From Lama guanicoe (Eukaryota): DNA of 64,000 bases. Both the position numbers and the translations under genes were made by a program. Position 1 is the first letter of the stretch. The number at the start of each line of letters is the position of its first letter. The DNA lies in NCBI GenBank assembly GCA_013239625.1, contig MU054212.1, positions 6,856,270-6,920,269 on the forward strand, written 5' to 3'. The notes under the pieces were generated by a model. The model was not told where the DNA came from, searched no databases, and saw nothing but the letters and a program-made list of their open reading frames with translations. Of this stretch, positions 1-13,302 are shown piece by piece.

Positions 1-899
1 ATTAATATAGGTAATATTTTGCGATTAAAATTGTATTTTCTTTGGTCATTGTGAAAAACCAAAAATCAGAATATACTCGGTCTTATGCTTAGTAAGAAAT
101 GTAAATAATTCTAAAATGATAAAAATAAACATTCAGGGATAAAAATAGTATCTAAGAGGAATTTCAATTCAATCAACATTTAATGAGAATATATAAGTAG
201 ACAGAAAAAACAGGTTATGGAAGCCCTGCCTTCAAAGATTAAAGAGTCAAAAAGAGAAAAAACACACAAGTGATACAAGTCAAAGGCATGTAGTCAAAGC
301 AGTGCCAACAAATACTAAAGTAATGCTTAATGTTCTCAAAAGTGCTTGTACTTCAAGTTATGTAATAATTTAAAATACAATTTAGGCTTCTTAACTTATT
401 TTTAAATATTTTATAACATCCTTTAGTTTTAGAGTTATATTTGTTTCTTTAGAAAAACATTGTCTACCAGTATATAAAATAACACATTAAAATCTTTAAG
501 ATGTCTTTGTGAAAACATTATTTTAAATTAAAATATTAATTTTAATATGCTATTTATTCATATTCCCAAACTTAAAATACCATGCCAGAATCCCTCCTTT
601 AAAGCCATATCATCAGAGCAAGGCACCTGATGCTTTTTCTTGATTTTTATGTATTGTTTTTTACATCCTCTATCCCAGGGAAACAGTCCTTTCTAAGATT
701 ATTACCGATTTCTGCCTTTCCCATTTAGATGAGTCATCTTGAGATGAATCCATTTTACACTGAATATTCCCATGACCTATGTCTTCAAATCATGTAAGTA
801 TGACAATCACTGAATATTTTTTCATATGAATAAAACCAATCTTATCTTTCACTTCCTATTCTTTGGAGTGTTCTCCAATGGCTAACATGAAAATTTCCT

Positions 900-1040
900 G
901 CCTACACAATGAGGCTGTAAGTTCAGTGAGGGAAGGACACGGACTTCTAATTATCTCGAATTCCTCCTATCACCAATTTATAAGCGCCTTCTATAGAGAT
1001 CAGTTTACCACAAAAACTAAGAATGCTTATTAAATAAATA
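900..1040 (+). mobile_element. L2 LINE 3' end fragment
   Basis: 'gctgtaagttcagtgagggaaggac...' resembles the L2 3' terminal consensus (ctgtaagctccatgagggcaggga). Confidence 0.5.
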
Positions 1041-1839
1041 GAAAAAAGAAATTGCCTCCTTGGGCACATATGGTCACACTACTCACTATAAGTGTTTGAA
1101 ATTTCAGTATTACCGCCGTCTGGCTAATGCCTTTATCTAGGTGGAGGGAGAAGGGATGAGATGAGGTCCGCTCACTTACGATCATCAAGCACAGGTCTAC
1201 GAACACCACCTGTGTCCCAGGAACATGGCTGAATTAAAAGTAATTCCTGTTCTCGAGAATTTATAATCTAAAATGCATGCAAGGACTTTCTTAGCTTTTA
1301 AGAATTACTAAAAGCTATCTTTTGATTCTACTTCCCCCTGCCCCAATAATTAAACTTTTAATCCGTTTGTCTCTGAGATGGTCATCAAATATGGTTTCAA
1401 AGTTATGAACTGGGGTTTGCAAATTATCTAGAAAGTTAGCAACTAGTATTGGTAAAAAAAAAATATTGCAAAATGGGCAGAGACATTAAGTTGTCCTTGT
1501 TAAAAATGATTTTTACAGTTACTCTCTGGAAAAAAAAAAAGAGAAGCCTGGAAAGTGGGCCAAAAATTGGAAATAATCAGAATAGATTGTGGAAGAAGTA
1601 ATACATTAGCTCAAAGTGAGAAGATTAGTGAATCTTGGGGGTTTTTCCTGAGAGGAAACTGTCAGAGACTTAAAGTTGGAATATGTAATTTCATTCTAAT
1701 TTGGGGAAGGAAAAAAGAGACTCAGACATAAGAGGCTGTAAAGTCAGTAGTCAAGGGAAGTTCACTATTGATGAAGGATAGACTCAGGGTAAGTAAGAAG
1801 CAAATATACTCAATTATGCATTATGAATATTTTTCCAAT

Positions 1840-2035
1840 GTGTAGAACACTATGTGCAGGATGAGTCCAATTTTGTTAAAGGAGAGACTGAAAGTATGTA
1901 TACCATGAAGCTAAAAATGTTATTGTTTCATGTTGGGATTGCAGGTGTTCAGAAAGATTGTTTTTGTTTTTGCTTTCACTAGTTTCCGTATTTTCTGTAA
2001 TACGCATATATTAACAGTAAAAACAGAAAAAAGAA
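1840..2035 (+). mobile_element. Old L1 (L1ME-like) 3' end fragment
   Basis: 'gggattgcaggtg...tttccgtattttctgtaatacgcatatatt' followed by an A-rich tail. Confidence 0.5.
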
Positions 2036-2209
2036 AAATGTCAACTTTATACTAAATAAATAAATAAGCAAGCAGGCTAAAAAGACACTTCTCATTCGGC
2101 CAGGTAGTGAAAGTAAGGAGCCAAGGACACTGCAATGACTGACCTGGGAAGACGACAAGACTGAAGGGATCAGTTAAATGTAGCTGGACTTTATTTCAAT
2201 GAAGCCCAC

Positions 2210-2370
2210 AAGAGCATGGGCCTTAGAGGCAAAGTTACTTTATTTATTTGATTCTCAGTTTACACCTATGTAAAATGAGGCTAATGACACCTGCTTCTGA
2301 GGCTTGTCATAAATACTAAATGAAAACTGTTTATGGAGCACCTAGAACAACAGTGTCACATAAAATGCTA
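2210..2370 (+). mobile_element. MIR SINE
   Basis: Core motif 'ctcagtttacacctatgtaaaatgaggctaatgacacctgct'. Confidence 0.75.
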
Positions 2371-2584
2371 CCATGTTAAAGCTGGAAAACCCCTTATAAA
2401 TCATTCAGCCCAGGGTGTGTCAAATTGTGGGCTGTAACTCATTTAAAGTTCTATCAGTTTAGAGAGACCTAACTAGCATCTGAAAAGTGAAATGGTAAAG
2501 AACAGGGGGGACAGAAAATGGTATGCTCTAGCTGAACATCAAAAACTGTAAACTCTACAGAGTGTTGTAAATAATTGTTTTGTC

Positions 2585-3125
2585 AATTTCCACTCTGAGC
2601 TATATATCCCACTGAAATGAAAACATACATCTACACAAAAACAGAAATGTTGACAGAAGCGTTATTTAGAAGAGCTGAAAAGTGGAAACAGCCCAAATGT
2701 CCATGAAGTGATGGCTGGATAAACAAAATGTGACCTACCCACACAATGAAATATAATTCAGCATTAAAAAAAAAGAGTGAAATGGAGATATATGATGCAG
2801 ATGATCCTTGAAAACATTATGCAGAGTCAAATAAGCTAGTTGCAAAAGATCATATATGAATCCATTTAAATGAAATGTCCAGAATAGGGAAATCTACAGT
2901 CAGAAAGTAGATTGGAGGTTGCCAGGGGCTGGGCTGGGGGGATGGGGAACATGAGTACAGGGTATTTTGCAGGGGTGGCTGCGGGTGATGAAAATGTTCT
3001 AAAATTAGATAGTGGTAGTGCTTACACAGCTCTATGAATATACAAAAACCCACTGCATATAGTTTAAGGGGGTGATTTTTTAGGTTATGTGAATCCTATC
3101 TCCATAAACCTATTATTAAAAATGA
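2585..3125 (+). mobile_element. L1 (L1MB-like) ORF2 end and 3' UTR
   Basis: 'gtggaaacagcccaaatgtccat', 'ggataaacaaaatgtg', 'ccttgaaaacattatgc', 'ggttgccaggggctgg', 'tgatgaaaatgttctaaaattagatagtggt'. Confidence 0.9.
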
Positions 3126-3739
3126 AAAGAATTATTTTATGAGCCTTGTGTCCACTGATCTGGTGCATCCTGTTATGTTACAGAAGAGGAATTCCCCTCT
3201 CCCCCAGAAAATCGTGTTATTTAGCTATAGACTTGGTCTATCCCAAAATAAAAATATGAACAAATTTTCTTTTTCTTTTATAAAACTGGAAAAAATATTA
3301 AAATACTGAATATAACCTGTTATAACTACCATTTTTGAAAGGTAAAGACATTTAAAAGGAAAGCAATTTGCAGCTTACAACTTCTTCTCCAACACATGAT
3401 TCTTCTCATTCCTGGTTACTGTCTTTTTGTCTGACATTTTTCCAAGAGAAAATCCTAGACTTTTGACTCTCACCTAATAATTTAGGTTGTTTTCTTGTTG
3501 TTTGTTTTAGAACAGTAGCTGCTTCACGTTGCTCAGTGTGCCAGAGTTCCTAGGTATCATTCTTTGAAAGGGGGAGAGCTACTAAGATGACACCCAAATC
3601 TTAGCACAAGCTTCAAAAAAGATACGTGAAGACAAATAAAACACGAATCAGGATACTTTGTGACACCGAAAAGAAAACTAACTTTTTATTGTCATTGTAC
3701 AATTTGGATAGTGAAGACCTACTAAATGTCTATCCTGGG

Positions 3740-3850
3740 GGGAAAAAAGGAAGAAAGAAAAGAGGAAGGGAGGAAAGGAAGGAGGGAGGGAGCCCAGGAG
3801 GGACGAAAAGAGGAAGAGAGCCGGGAGGAAAGAGAAAGGGAAAGAAAAAC
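3740..3850. repeat. GA-rich low-complexity tract
   Basis: Near-pure purine run (ggaa/gagg units). Confidence 0.85.
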
Positions 3851-4249
3851 TGGGACAACAACGAACACATTAAAACTGTGAGCACTAAGAATTTAAATGT
3901 TTTAGGGAAGGAAATAGATGATTAAACAAGAATTTGGTATAGTATTCAATGAAAAGGATCTCTATAAAATTTGTATTCATAGCCCAGAATGATCATGAGC
4001 TTGGTACAATTATTTGCATAATGAGTATAATAATTCCTATATAACACAATTTTGGACTGTGATAACACATGTATAACACTTAAGACTTGATTCATGGTGT
4101 TAAAATGTTTACCATAAATATATGACATTTATAAATTCTGATAAAAAAATTCAAAGGCAGAATCAAACATGTAATTCAAGGCTCCCAGATTATTCTCTAC
4201 CTTCAGTATTTCACCTGTATTCTAATTTGGTATTGACACCTGCTTACTC

Positions 4250-4880
4250 TCCATCGTCAGTTTCTCAAACTCAACACAGGCAGACAGGGATACATTCTCT
4301 TCTATCTGAAACCTGCTCCTTGATCATCTATATGAGCCATCCAAGTAACCTGCCCCAGGATTTACACAACCATCCAAAACCAAAGACATTTTTATGCCTC
4401 TGGTGACTGGAACAATGCCTTATACACTAAGAAGTCATACAAATGAGCTTCAGATTCATTTTACTATCTTAACTTCTCACCTCCAAGTCACTAAGCCTTT
4501 TTGTTGTTATCTCTTAAAAATTTCCCAATTTGTACCCTTCACTTTCCTCACTTTGCCATTGTGTCTGCATAGTCTGTCATTTTATGACTTTCTAAGTAGA
4601 CTTCCTTGACTCCAGTCCAAATCTTACAGGCACATCTATATATTATTTCAAGGGTGATTTTTCTAAAACATAAATTTGGTCATGCCATGGCCAGGCCAGG
4701 CTGAAATTGTTTCAGTGGCTTTCGACTGCCTGGGGGATAAGATGCAGAACTATTTATTAGACCCAGCATAGAAGATTCTTCCCAGTTTGCCTCATCTAAC
4801 CTCCAAGGTCTTCGGTCCACCTTCCCTTGTCCCTCTCTCTAGGATGCCATCTGCATCTCCTTCTGCCTAGTAATTATTTA
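4250..4880 (+). mobile_element. L2 LINE fragment
   Basis: 'tctcaaactcaacac', 'gtgatttttctaaaacataaatttggtcatgcca', 'tttcagtggctttcgactgcc'. Confidence 0.7.
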
Positions 4881-6719
4881 AAGCTCTCTGTTAATCCCAT
4901 GTTTCCCCATATTTTGATCTAAATATGGTTTCTTCATATTTTGGTTTGCATATCTTTCTCTGAAGTGTGTTCCTCTTCTACCACGATCACCCAGTACAGG
5001 TCTTTACTTCGCTGTGAAGTCTGGGATGAGTTATAAGGAGTCTTAAGATTCTTTTAGTTTCTTTAACTAATTTCTTAAATTATTTATTGACTGAACTAAT
5101 GATGGCATCATTCATAAGGAGACAACAAATGGAAGTTTCTGATAGATAAATGCCATTTTATGGAGATTTAAGGTTACTATATCAAATAAATTTAGCCATA
5201 ATTGAATTTCCATGTAATACTGTATTAAAATTACTTGCCATAGAGATTTTATAATATATTTGAAAAAACCCCATTGATAATGGTGCTAGGAAATCTCCTC
5301 CAAGATAGAGACATTGTCTTATCTTTGAATTTTCACTGCCAACAGAGTTCTAGTTTCCTCAAACGTGATTGTTGAATATATTAGAATAAACAATTTTACG
5401 TCCTCTACTTACTCCACAAAAGATTTGCAATTTTTTTTCTTTTTTAGTTTAAGTTTTCTGAAGTAGCACATTCTTGGTGAGCTTTGAAATCTGGCCTCAG
5501 CCATAACTTTTCCACTACTGGTAGAGACAGTGAATCTAATGCTTAAGGAAAAACGATGTTATGCTGAAGTGGACTCCACACTTTCTCACAGCACAAAGTT
5601 TGTTAATTTGAAGTCTCTTTAAGAAAATATGTGATACATGTGTACAGGAAGTTTTATAAAAATAGAATATTTCTCTCAATATGAGTTTACTCCGCTTTTT
5701 ACATAAACTGGAAAAATGCAGAAAACTTAATAGCACTGCCACCAAAAAATAAAAAGCAAAAATCAACAAGTAACAAAAATAAAACATTTCTTTTATTAAA
5801 CCTATAAGCAAGTAATATAAAAATGGTCTATTCTAGTATATAGACATATTTTTGCATATTCTTGATTTTTATGCTGAAGAAAAATCTTATACTTTGCCAA
5901 CGTTTAGAAAATTATATGTCCTAAAATCTAAAACAGTTACATGTTTATTTAACATGTTTTCCAGTCCATTAAAACATGGGAATATTTTAGCTATGTAATC
6001 AGGCTTACTTCAATTTGAGTGACATGGCTACCTTTTTAACCTATACTTTTATAATCCAGTGTTATGATATCTAATATGTTTTACTCATTTCTTTTTAATC
6101 TCCAACTGGATAAATCCTGAGACTGTAATTTTTTATTGCTAAATGGACATTGCTATGTAAGTGGATGAATTTAATAATTGTTTATTTAGGTCATTAACTT
6201 AAAAATATAATGTTCTCCCCTCAATGAAATACAAATAGAACATAGTAAACAAAAGTAAATACACTGCCAAGTTTTTTTTTTCCTGAATAATATAATGTAT
6301 ACGTTCTACTTTAAATTTACTAAGAAGCCTAAATACTCTGCTTGACCACTTATTTTGAGATTGGACAGAGGGAGAGAATCTGAAAATCTATTTCTGGTAT
6401 TTTATTAAATGCTTTCATAAGGCTTCATGATAGCATTTACCTTCTGTTTAACCATTCATTTTACTTCTGTGGAGAAACTCTTTAAATGGAGAATTTTAAA
6501 TACCAAATCTTAGCATGTGTTACATTGGAGATGAGGCAAGTAGGGGGTTACAGCGAGGAAACAGAGCTTAGTCAGGTCTTCACAAAGTTATTTACTTTGT
6601 TTAAATAAATTCCTAGATAATATGCAGAGATGTTCAAATATATAACCAACAAAAGTGGTATTTTAGATGATCTATAAATTGTAGATCATCAATACTGCTG
6701 ACTTGTTTCTTTAGAAATA

Positions 6720-8480
6720 CTCAAGAGTTGCCATGGTGGACATCTGCAGGAGGTTATAGTATGCCTTAGTTTAGTGGACATCTCTGATTCAAATCACATG
6801 TCTCTGGGGGATTTCACCTAGATCTCTCCTGGAAAAGTAATTCAGAGACATTATCACTTCGGAAACATATTTTTAGTGTAGAGGTAACTGGATTTATCTT
6901 GTTTTGATTTTTATTGTTACGAAGTAGTTGAGTAAATGATTGTAGATGCAAATCTTGAATCATGTGATAATGAAATAAATTCAAAGGTAAAGGAAGATTT
7001 TTTAAAAAGGTCTACTAGCCAGTCCCTTATGTGTGAACACCATGCATCTCTCATCTGTCTTATTCCTCCATCTAGCACAGCAGATGCTCTAAAATGAAGC
7101 AATAAAAGTTAAGACAAAGGCCTTTAGGAATGCACATATTAGTTAGGTTAGGTTACTGGCAAGAAATCACATAAGAATTGTAACCTGGTTATGTACTGGA
7201 AGTGCAATGAAAATAGCAAAAGACAAAATTGGTTAAACTCAGAAATCTATATGGCATTAAAGACAAAGGAAAAGTGCTTTAAATTTAAATTAATACTGAT
7301 TAACAAAGACAAATGCTAAAGAAAATACGGCACAGATTCTTAGAGACACATTACAAGATGAAACAGGAATTATTATCAGCAAAGAACCATAAATATGGGA
7401 ATTAATCTTCAAATCAATTAGGGAAGAGGGTTAGAAAATAAACTGCTATACTGAAAGATGGAGAAGGAAAAATAGTATGTGCTCCATCAATATTTGTTTA
7501 ATTATAGTGAATTATTGAATGAAGAGGTTTATACAGTGAGCAGCAAACAAGCTGGAGTTAAATGACTTATTCACCACTGCCTTTTAAGAGACAGTATTTA
7601 GTTGTAAACTGTTGATCAGAGTGAAATAGCCACGGTTAAAGGATGGGCACCTGAGGAGACCATGCAGACATTTAATAGTAAAGCAAAAAGAGCTGTCTAT
7701 AAAAATCGCAATAGGAAAATCAGGAAACAGAAGTCTTTGCAATATTTTAAGGACTTTTTAAATTGAAAATAAAAATAATTTGGAAAAGAAAAAGTATTAA
7801 TGTATTTTCAAAGAGATGAAAGATTCGGAGTTGGTTACTAGGTTACCTGGGAAGATACCAGAAGATGTAATCAATCAAATTCTAATCACCTGGAAAAGTA
7901 TGGGTTCTATGAAACAGCAACATGGTTTTCTGAATAGCAAATCATGCCAGACCCATTTAATCTTGTTCTGTGATAGCATTACAGGTCGTAGAGACAAGGA
8001 AAGATGATAGTGACAATCCATCTTATTTTCAGGGGGTCTTGGAATCTGCTCTTTGTCACATTTTCATTGACAAACTTGGGGAAATACGACTTTAACCACA
8101 TTATGTTTAGATGAGTGGATGCACAGCGTGCTTGAATGTCCAATTAAAGGATAACTGAAATTTTAATTTCAGGTTGCACTAGTATTTTGACGTAGCTCCC
8201 AGGAACTGGTCCTGGGGACCATCTTGTCAACTACTATTAGATGACCTGCATTAAGTAATTTAGAGTGTGCTCATCAACCTTTAGGTAATTATAAATGTAC
8301 TTAGTACAAATAGGAGATAAAAATTAAAAGGATGTAATAATATAAACACACAAAACAGACACCTGGAAGAAATCTGTCTTATTAGAATATTAATCAACAT
8401 GATGTTACTATAAAAATTACCAACACTCCACAGGGAAGTCTTAAAGGAGTAAGACATGTAAGGACTTAAAAAAATCCTGA
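6720..8480 (+). mobile_element. CR1/L3 LINE fossil spanning endonuclease to reverse transcriptase
   Basis: ORF 7816-8007 has QHGFLNSKSCQTHLILFCDSIT, similar to CR1 RT QHGFxxxKSCQTNLISFFD. 8197-8231 reads SQELVLGTILS (~PQGSVLGPVLF). 6803-6845 reads LGDF/LDLSWKSNS across a frameshift (~GDFNYPDICWKSNS). Confidence 0.8.
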
Positions 8481-8789
8481 TGTTTTAGTTAATCATCATC
8501 AAGATACTTGCTTCTAGTTTTTAGTCACTGATCTCATACTTCTTAATGAACTCAAAGATAAAGGTTTCTCATTTTTGTGTTTTTCACATGTTCTGCCTTG
8601 TGTATTTATTACTTTTGTAATCAGAGGATTCAAGCTACATTTACAAAACATAGTTAAGAAGCAAGCAAACACAAATAATACAGAGAAAATATGAGGCTAT
8701 TCCCCTCAGACGTGTTTGAGGCAGTAAAAGTAATCGAAGATGGTACCCGTAAGGGAATCACAAAATGTTGCCATGGGCAACAAGTATTT

Positions 8790-8975
8790 AGGAGGATAGA
8801 CTATTTGATACCCCTCTGCTAGATGATCATGTACATCTTCACACAAACTCTTCACAGTACCTCTAGGCAGTGAAAAAGGACAGAGAACTGGAGGAATCAG
8901 GCTGACTCAGTGACTTTCCCAAGGTCTTACCAGAAACAGAATTCACACTCAAGTTTGTATTGGCTCCAGGTATCT
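8790..8975 (-). mobile_element. MIR SINE
   Basis: 'agtgactttcccaaggtcttac...gaattcacactcaagtttg'. Confidence 0.6.
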
Positions 8976-9449
8976 CTAACTGAAAGAAGAATCAAATGCT
9001 TCTTGATTTCTTAAGTGTATGTGTGGCATCACTACAGAAAAATCATTTTATATTTAGAAGTATATAGTCTAAGAGATGCCATAGGGTTTTTCCTATTCTT
9101 TGTTTCAAGATTGATTCAAATTGTTATGTAGGATAAACCTTATCCTTGTATAAAGATAGACTAATTCCCATAAAGAGTATAATGACTTCAAACTGTGAAG
9201 GTTACAAACCCTCATCTCATGACAGCAACTGAGTTCACATTCTAGAGTGAGAACTATACTTATCTTAAATAAGCAAAGCAAATAAACTATAGGAAAAAGA
9301 ATTTACAGTGGGAACTGGGGATATTTGGGATTTGAGTTGATCTGGATTTTTCTAGATTTTTCCCCCTGGCTGTCCTACATTTTTCAGTCTCATGATATTT
9401 ACTCTGGAATACTCACTTCTTGTTTCAAGGGTCTTCTTAATTTTTATCT

Positions 9450-9950
9450 TTTATTTTATCATGTATAAACTGTTTTACACTCTTATGTTATGAAATAGTA
9501 AATGCTCATAATCAAAATAAAATAAACAAAGAAATGAAGAAGAGAGTGAAAACCCACAGCCCCAGTACTGCTAACTTTTGGAATACAGCTTTCTAGATCG
9601 ACCACTGGAAATAAATGTAATGAAGTCTAATACATACGCACACACAAAGTAGAAATCATATAGTACTTGCTGAATTACAATTTGGTTTTTCAATTCAATA
9701 TGCACCATGGCTATCTATTTCTTTTAAAGACTGTGTAATACTCCATTGTATACCAATTCTATTATATACTGAGACAATTCCATATTACTCTACATTGAAT
9801 ATGTTGGTATTTTTCCTTTTTATAAATAATGCTATAATCAACATCATTATACATATATCTTTGCAGAGTTCTGCAGATTATTTTCTTATAAATTCCCAGA
9901 AGTAGACATGCTGTCTCAGTGGGTATGCATAAACATTTTGTTAGATACCC
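9450..9950 (-). mobile_element. Old L1 (L1ME-like) fragment
   Basis: 'taatactccattgtat', 'tataaataatgctataatcaacatc', 'aaattcccagaagtagacatgctg'. Confidence 0.75.
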
Positions 9951-9959
9951 CACTGGGAA

Positions 9960-11480
9960 CGATCATCCAGTAATTGAAAAAATATTTGCCAGGTACTTTT
10001 CTAGGTGCTAGAGTTATGGCTGTGAATAAGATAATAAGTTTCTCACCCTTACACAGCTTACATTCAGTTGGCAGAAACAGACCATGAACAAATAAAATAT
10101 AAAACAAAACAGCAGCGTGTTAAGTGCTGTGAAGAAAAAAACACAGGGTGACACAAGAGTGGGCAGCTGAGGGACAACTCTGGATTTGGGGCTCTGGGAA
10201 AGCTGCTCTGCAAAGGGGATTGTTAATGTGACAGTTACATAGTGTCAAGGAGACAGGTGTAAGAAATTGAGCTGGGGAGGACATACATCTGGAAGGACCT
10301 TATATTTCAAGGACCTTCTATTGAGAATAAGTCCAGGGCTCAAGGATCAAAAAATAGCCTGTGGCTACAGCAGAGTGGGGTGAGTGAGAGAGTGACATGG
10401 GGGAGGAAGAGAGTTGCACAGTCTGGGATGCGAGGGCAAGAAGTTGAATTTTACTCTGAACCGGGTGGTAAGTCACTGGGTGATTTTAAGTTTTAATTTA
10501 ATTATGATGTGCTTACATTAAAAGTATATAGCTCAGTGAATTATTCACACACAGAACACATCCCTGAGATGAGGAAAGAAAACATTACCAGCATCCCCCC
10601 AAACTCCCATTATGTCCTCTTCCAGTCCCTGCTTCCCATCAAGGATAACTACTTTCCTGATTTCTAACAGCACAGCTTAATTCACTCTGTTTATACAGAC
10701 AAAACAGAACAAAACAAAACAAAAACAAAAACAAAAGCATACAGTTTGTGTTCTCTTCATCTCGCTTCTTTTGCTCAAAATTATGCTTGTGCAATTCATC
10801 CCCATTTAGGCATCCACCTAAAGAGGGGATGTCAATAAAAAAGTGAATGGATCCTACCACTGAGTACTGGAGTACCCCAACATTTGGAAGTTGAGCAAAG
10901 TAAGAGTTGCTAATACAAGAGATACAGGGTGTCCAGTGAGCTGGGAGGAAAATCAGGAGACCACAGTGTCATGTGCAAAGCAAAAGATGCTTCAAGATGG
11001 AGAATAATTAACAGTGATCGAATACTGGCGAGCTACTGGGCAAGATAAGGCCAGATGTATACTAATAGATTCGACATCATGGAAGTCACTGACAAGTGGT
11101 ACTTCAAAGGAGAAGAGAATGTAAAGTGATGAGTAAAGGCTATACATGCAAATAACTTACTCCAAAATTTTTAACAAAAAATGAAGTGCTCTAGGGAATG
11201 TGAAATCAAAAGAGGGTTTCTGAGATGGGTAACTATTACAGCATGTCTGTAAGAGGTGGGAATAATCCAGTGGGGAGGAAAAACCTGAGGACACAGAAGG
11301 ATGGAAAATTATATGAAGGAAGGCTATGAGAAGGTGAAAGGGGACGGAATTCCGAGCACAGCTGAGGTTACCTACACTAGGAACTGAAGTACTACCATTT
11401 TGATAGGAAGAAAGACTGCAGCCACGGAGTAGATCCAGATAGGTGGGTGAATTTGCGTATGGATAAATGAGGGTGCCCAT
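9960..11480 (-). mobile_element. L2 LINE interrupted by an L1 fragment
   Basis: 'tgccaggtactttt...ctaggtgctagagttatggctgtgaataaga' starts a purine-rich L2 antisense body that resumes at ~10820 ('ccccaacatttggaagttgag', 'catggaagtcactgaca'). Confidence 0.8.
10495..10805 (-). mobile_element. L1 (L1MC/ME-like) 3' fragment nested in L2
   Basis: 'aagtatatagctcagtgaatt', 'aacattaccagcatcccc', 'cttcttttgctcaaaattatgcttgtgcaattcatcc'. Confidence 0.8.
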
Positions 11481-13092
11481 CTTTTATGAATGCCTCTTTT
11501 CCCACATGCTTCCCTATCACCACTGTGTATAATCAACCTTAATGATGTTTTTAAAAACAGAGTTGAAAACTTGCACCTCATTTTAATCCGTAATTCACTT
11601 CTTAGAGAGGTAGAGACATTTTTCCTATGTTTACTGGCCATCTGGATTTTTAAAACTTGCTGTGTTTGTTGCTTCTTTGCTCATTCAGAAATGCATTTCT
11701 GTTTTCATCACATAAACAATGATTTGCCTGGATTCAGCATTCTTGAGTGCCTTAATTTTTTCTTTACATTTAGGTAAATAGTTTTCTAATTGTCTTCTGT
11801 TATAAAACATTGAAGATGTTAAGTCTGAAGCCTTAGTGTGATATTATCTCCCTTTGTAGGCACTATGTTTCTTTTAAACGCCTCCTTTCTGGAATATTTC
11901 TTTATCCTTAAAATTGAAAACTGGGTGAGCCATCACTGAAGATAAGCCTCAGGACCCGGCGGCTCTTTACTGGGGGCAGCCCAGGCCTTTCTCCCACACA
12001 GGCATGTGATGTCGCTGCTGGTGCACAGTCTCAATGACTTCAGATGGGCAGGTACCCATGAGGGATACCTTCTGTCCTCAGCTCCATGTAAGAAAGAGCC
12101 TCTATCCAAGTTAGCAAGTATTGCTCTTAAGAAGCTGGATCTTAAACAGTCTGAGAAGGGATCCACTGCGGTAGTCCCTACCTAAGCCCACATGCTCCCA
12201 ATATAGGAGGATATTTGGGGATTTGGGGTGGGGGGGTTACCACAATTTCTCCCTTTGCTTGTTGTCACATCTCAGTGTTCTTTTAGGGATGAGAGTTTCT
12301 ATTTATCAGCACTCAGTATCTTTCTTATTTTCCCCTGAAATTTCTATTGTGTCTGGGCAAAATTCTATTCATACTATGTATTTGTTATCAGCCTATCTTT
12401 TCAGCATTGATTATTATAATACTCTCTATAATCTTATTTCCTGGCTCTTTGGGATGTGTATGTGTAAGTCGAGTCATGCTACCATGCTTCCCAGAATCTC
12501 AGGCTTGGTGCTCTACCGTCAAATTTCCACAGAAGGTTTTGCTTCCCTCTATATTCTCTGCAAATGTTGGCTGCTGCTCAGAGCTGCTCCCTCTCTTTCT
12601 CTCTCTTTTTTAACATGTATACTAGCTGTCTTTATCTTAATTTCTGTTGCAGTTCTTATGGGATTAGGATCATCTGTTTTGGCAAATACATGTCCTGCAG
12701 TCTGAGGCAGTGGGAGGGAAATTTCAAAGTTCCTTAGTGGGAAAGGAACTTCTCTGCTTGGGCCTCTGATCATTGTTTTAAAACATAAGTGAACTGCCAC
12801 TTCCTGTGTAAAAGCATAAAATCTCTCCATCAAAAAGTATTTCATTACTAGGCCCTGCTTAATCATACTCAGTAGGTATTATAAGGAATTTATGACTGAA
12901 ATACTTTTGCATTTAAAGAGAGACAATGATAGACAGTATACAAAGATTAGGTTGAACAGAGTAGAGAAAAAAATATAAGAGACGGTTGAATAGCACAAAG
13001 TCCACGGGTCTGAGCCCAAGGGGCCTAGCTTTGAATTCCAGCACTGGTTCTCCCTTACAGGTAGAGTGGCCTTAAGTGACAGCAAAGCACAC

Positions 13093-13302
13093 GTTATGGG
13101 TTTCATTGTATCCCCTCCCCTCAATTCATAAGTTGAAGTCCTAACCCCCAGGACCTTAGAATGTGATTGTGAAGGGAAATAAGCTCTTTACAGAGATAAT
13201 TAAGCTAAAATTGGGGTCCTGGGGGGTTCTAGCCTCTAGAACTGTGAGAAAATACACTTCTGTTGTTTATGTGACAGTCTGTGGTACTTCATTATAGCAG
13301 CC
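13093..13302 (+). mobile_element. MLT1A/B-like MaLR LTR, internally deleted, inside a MIR
   Basis: 5' part 'gttatggg...aattcataagttgaagtcctaaccccca' is joined to 3' part 'tctagcctctagaactgtgagaaaatacacttctgttgttta...ttatagcagcc'. MIR-like sequence lies on both sides. Confidence 0.85.

Noticed and set aside
3626..3925. Basic K/R/G/E-rich ORF
   Set aside because: It is a translation of the GA-rich low-complexity tract.
12223..12705. Longest ORF (160 aa, hydrophobic)
   Set aside because: T-rich sequence resembling degenerate L1 antisense, with a non-ATG start and no recognisable domain.
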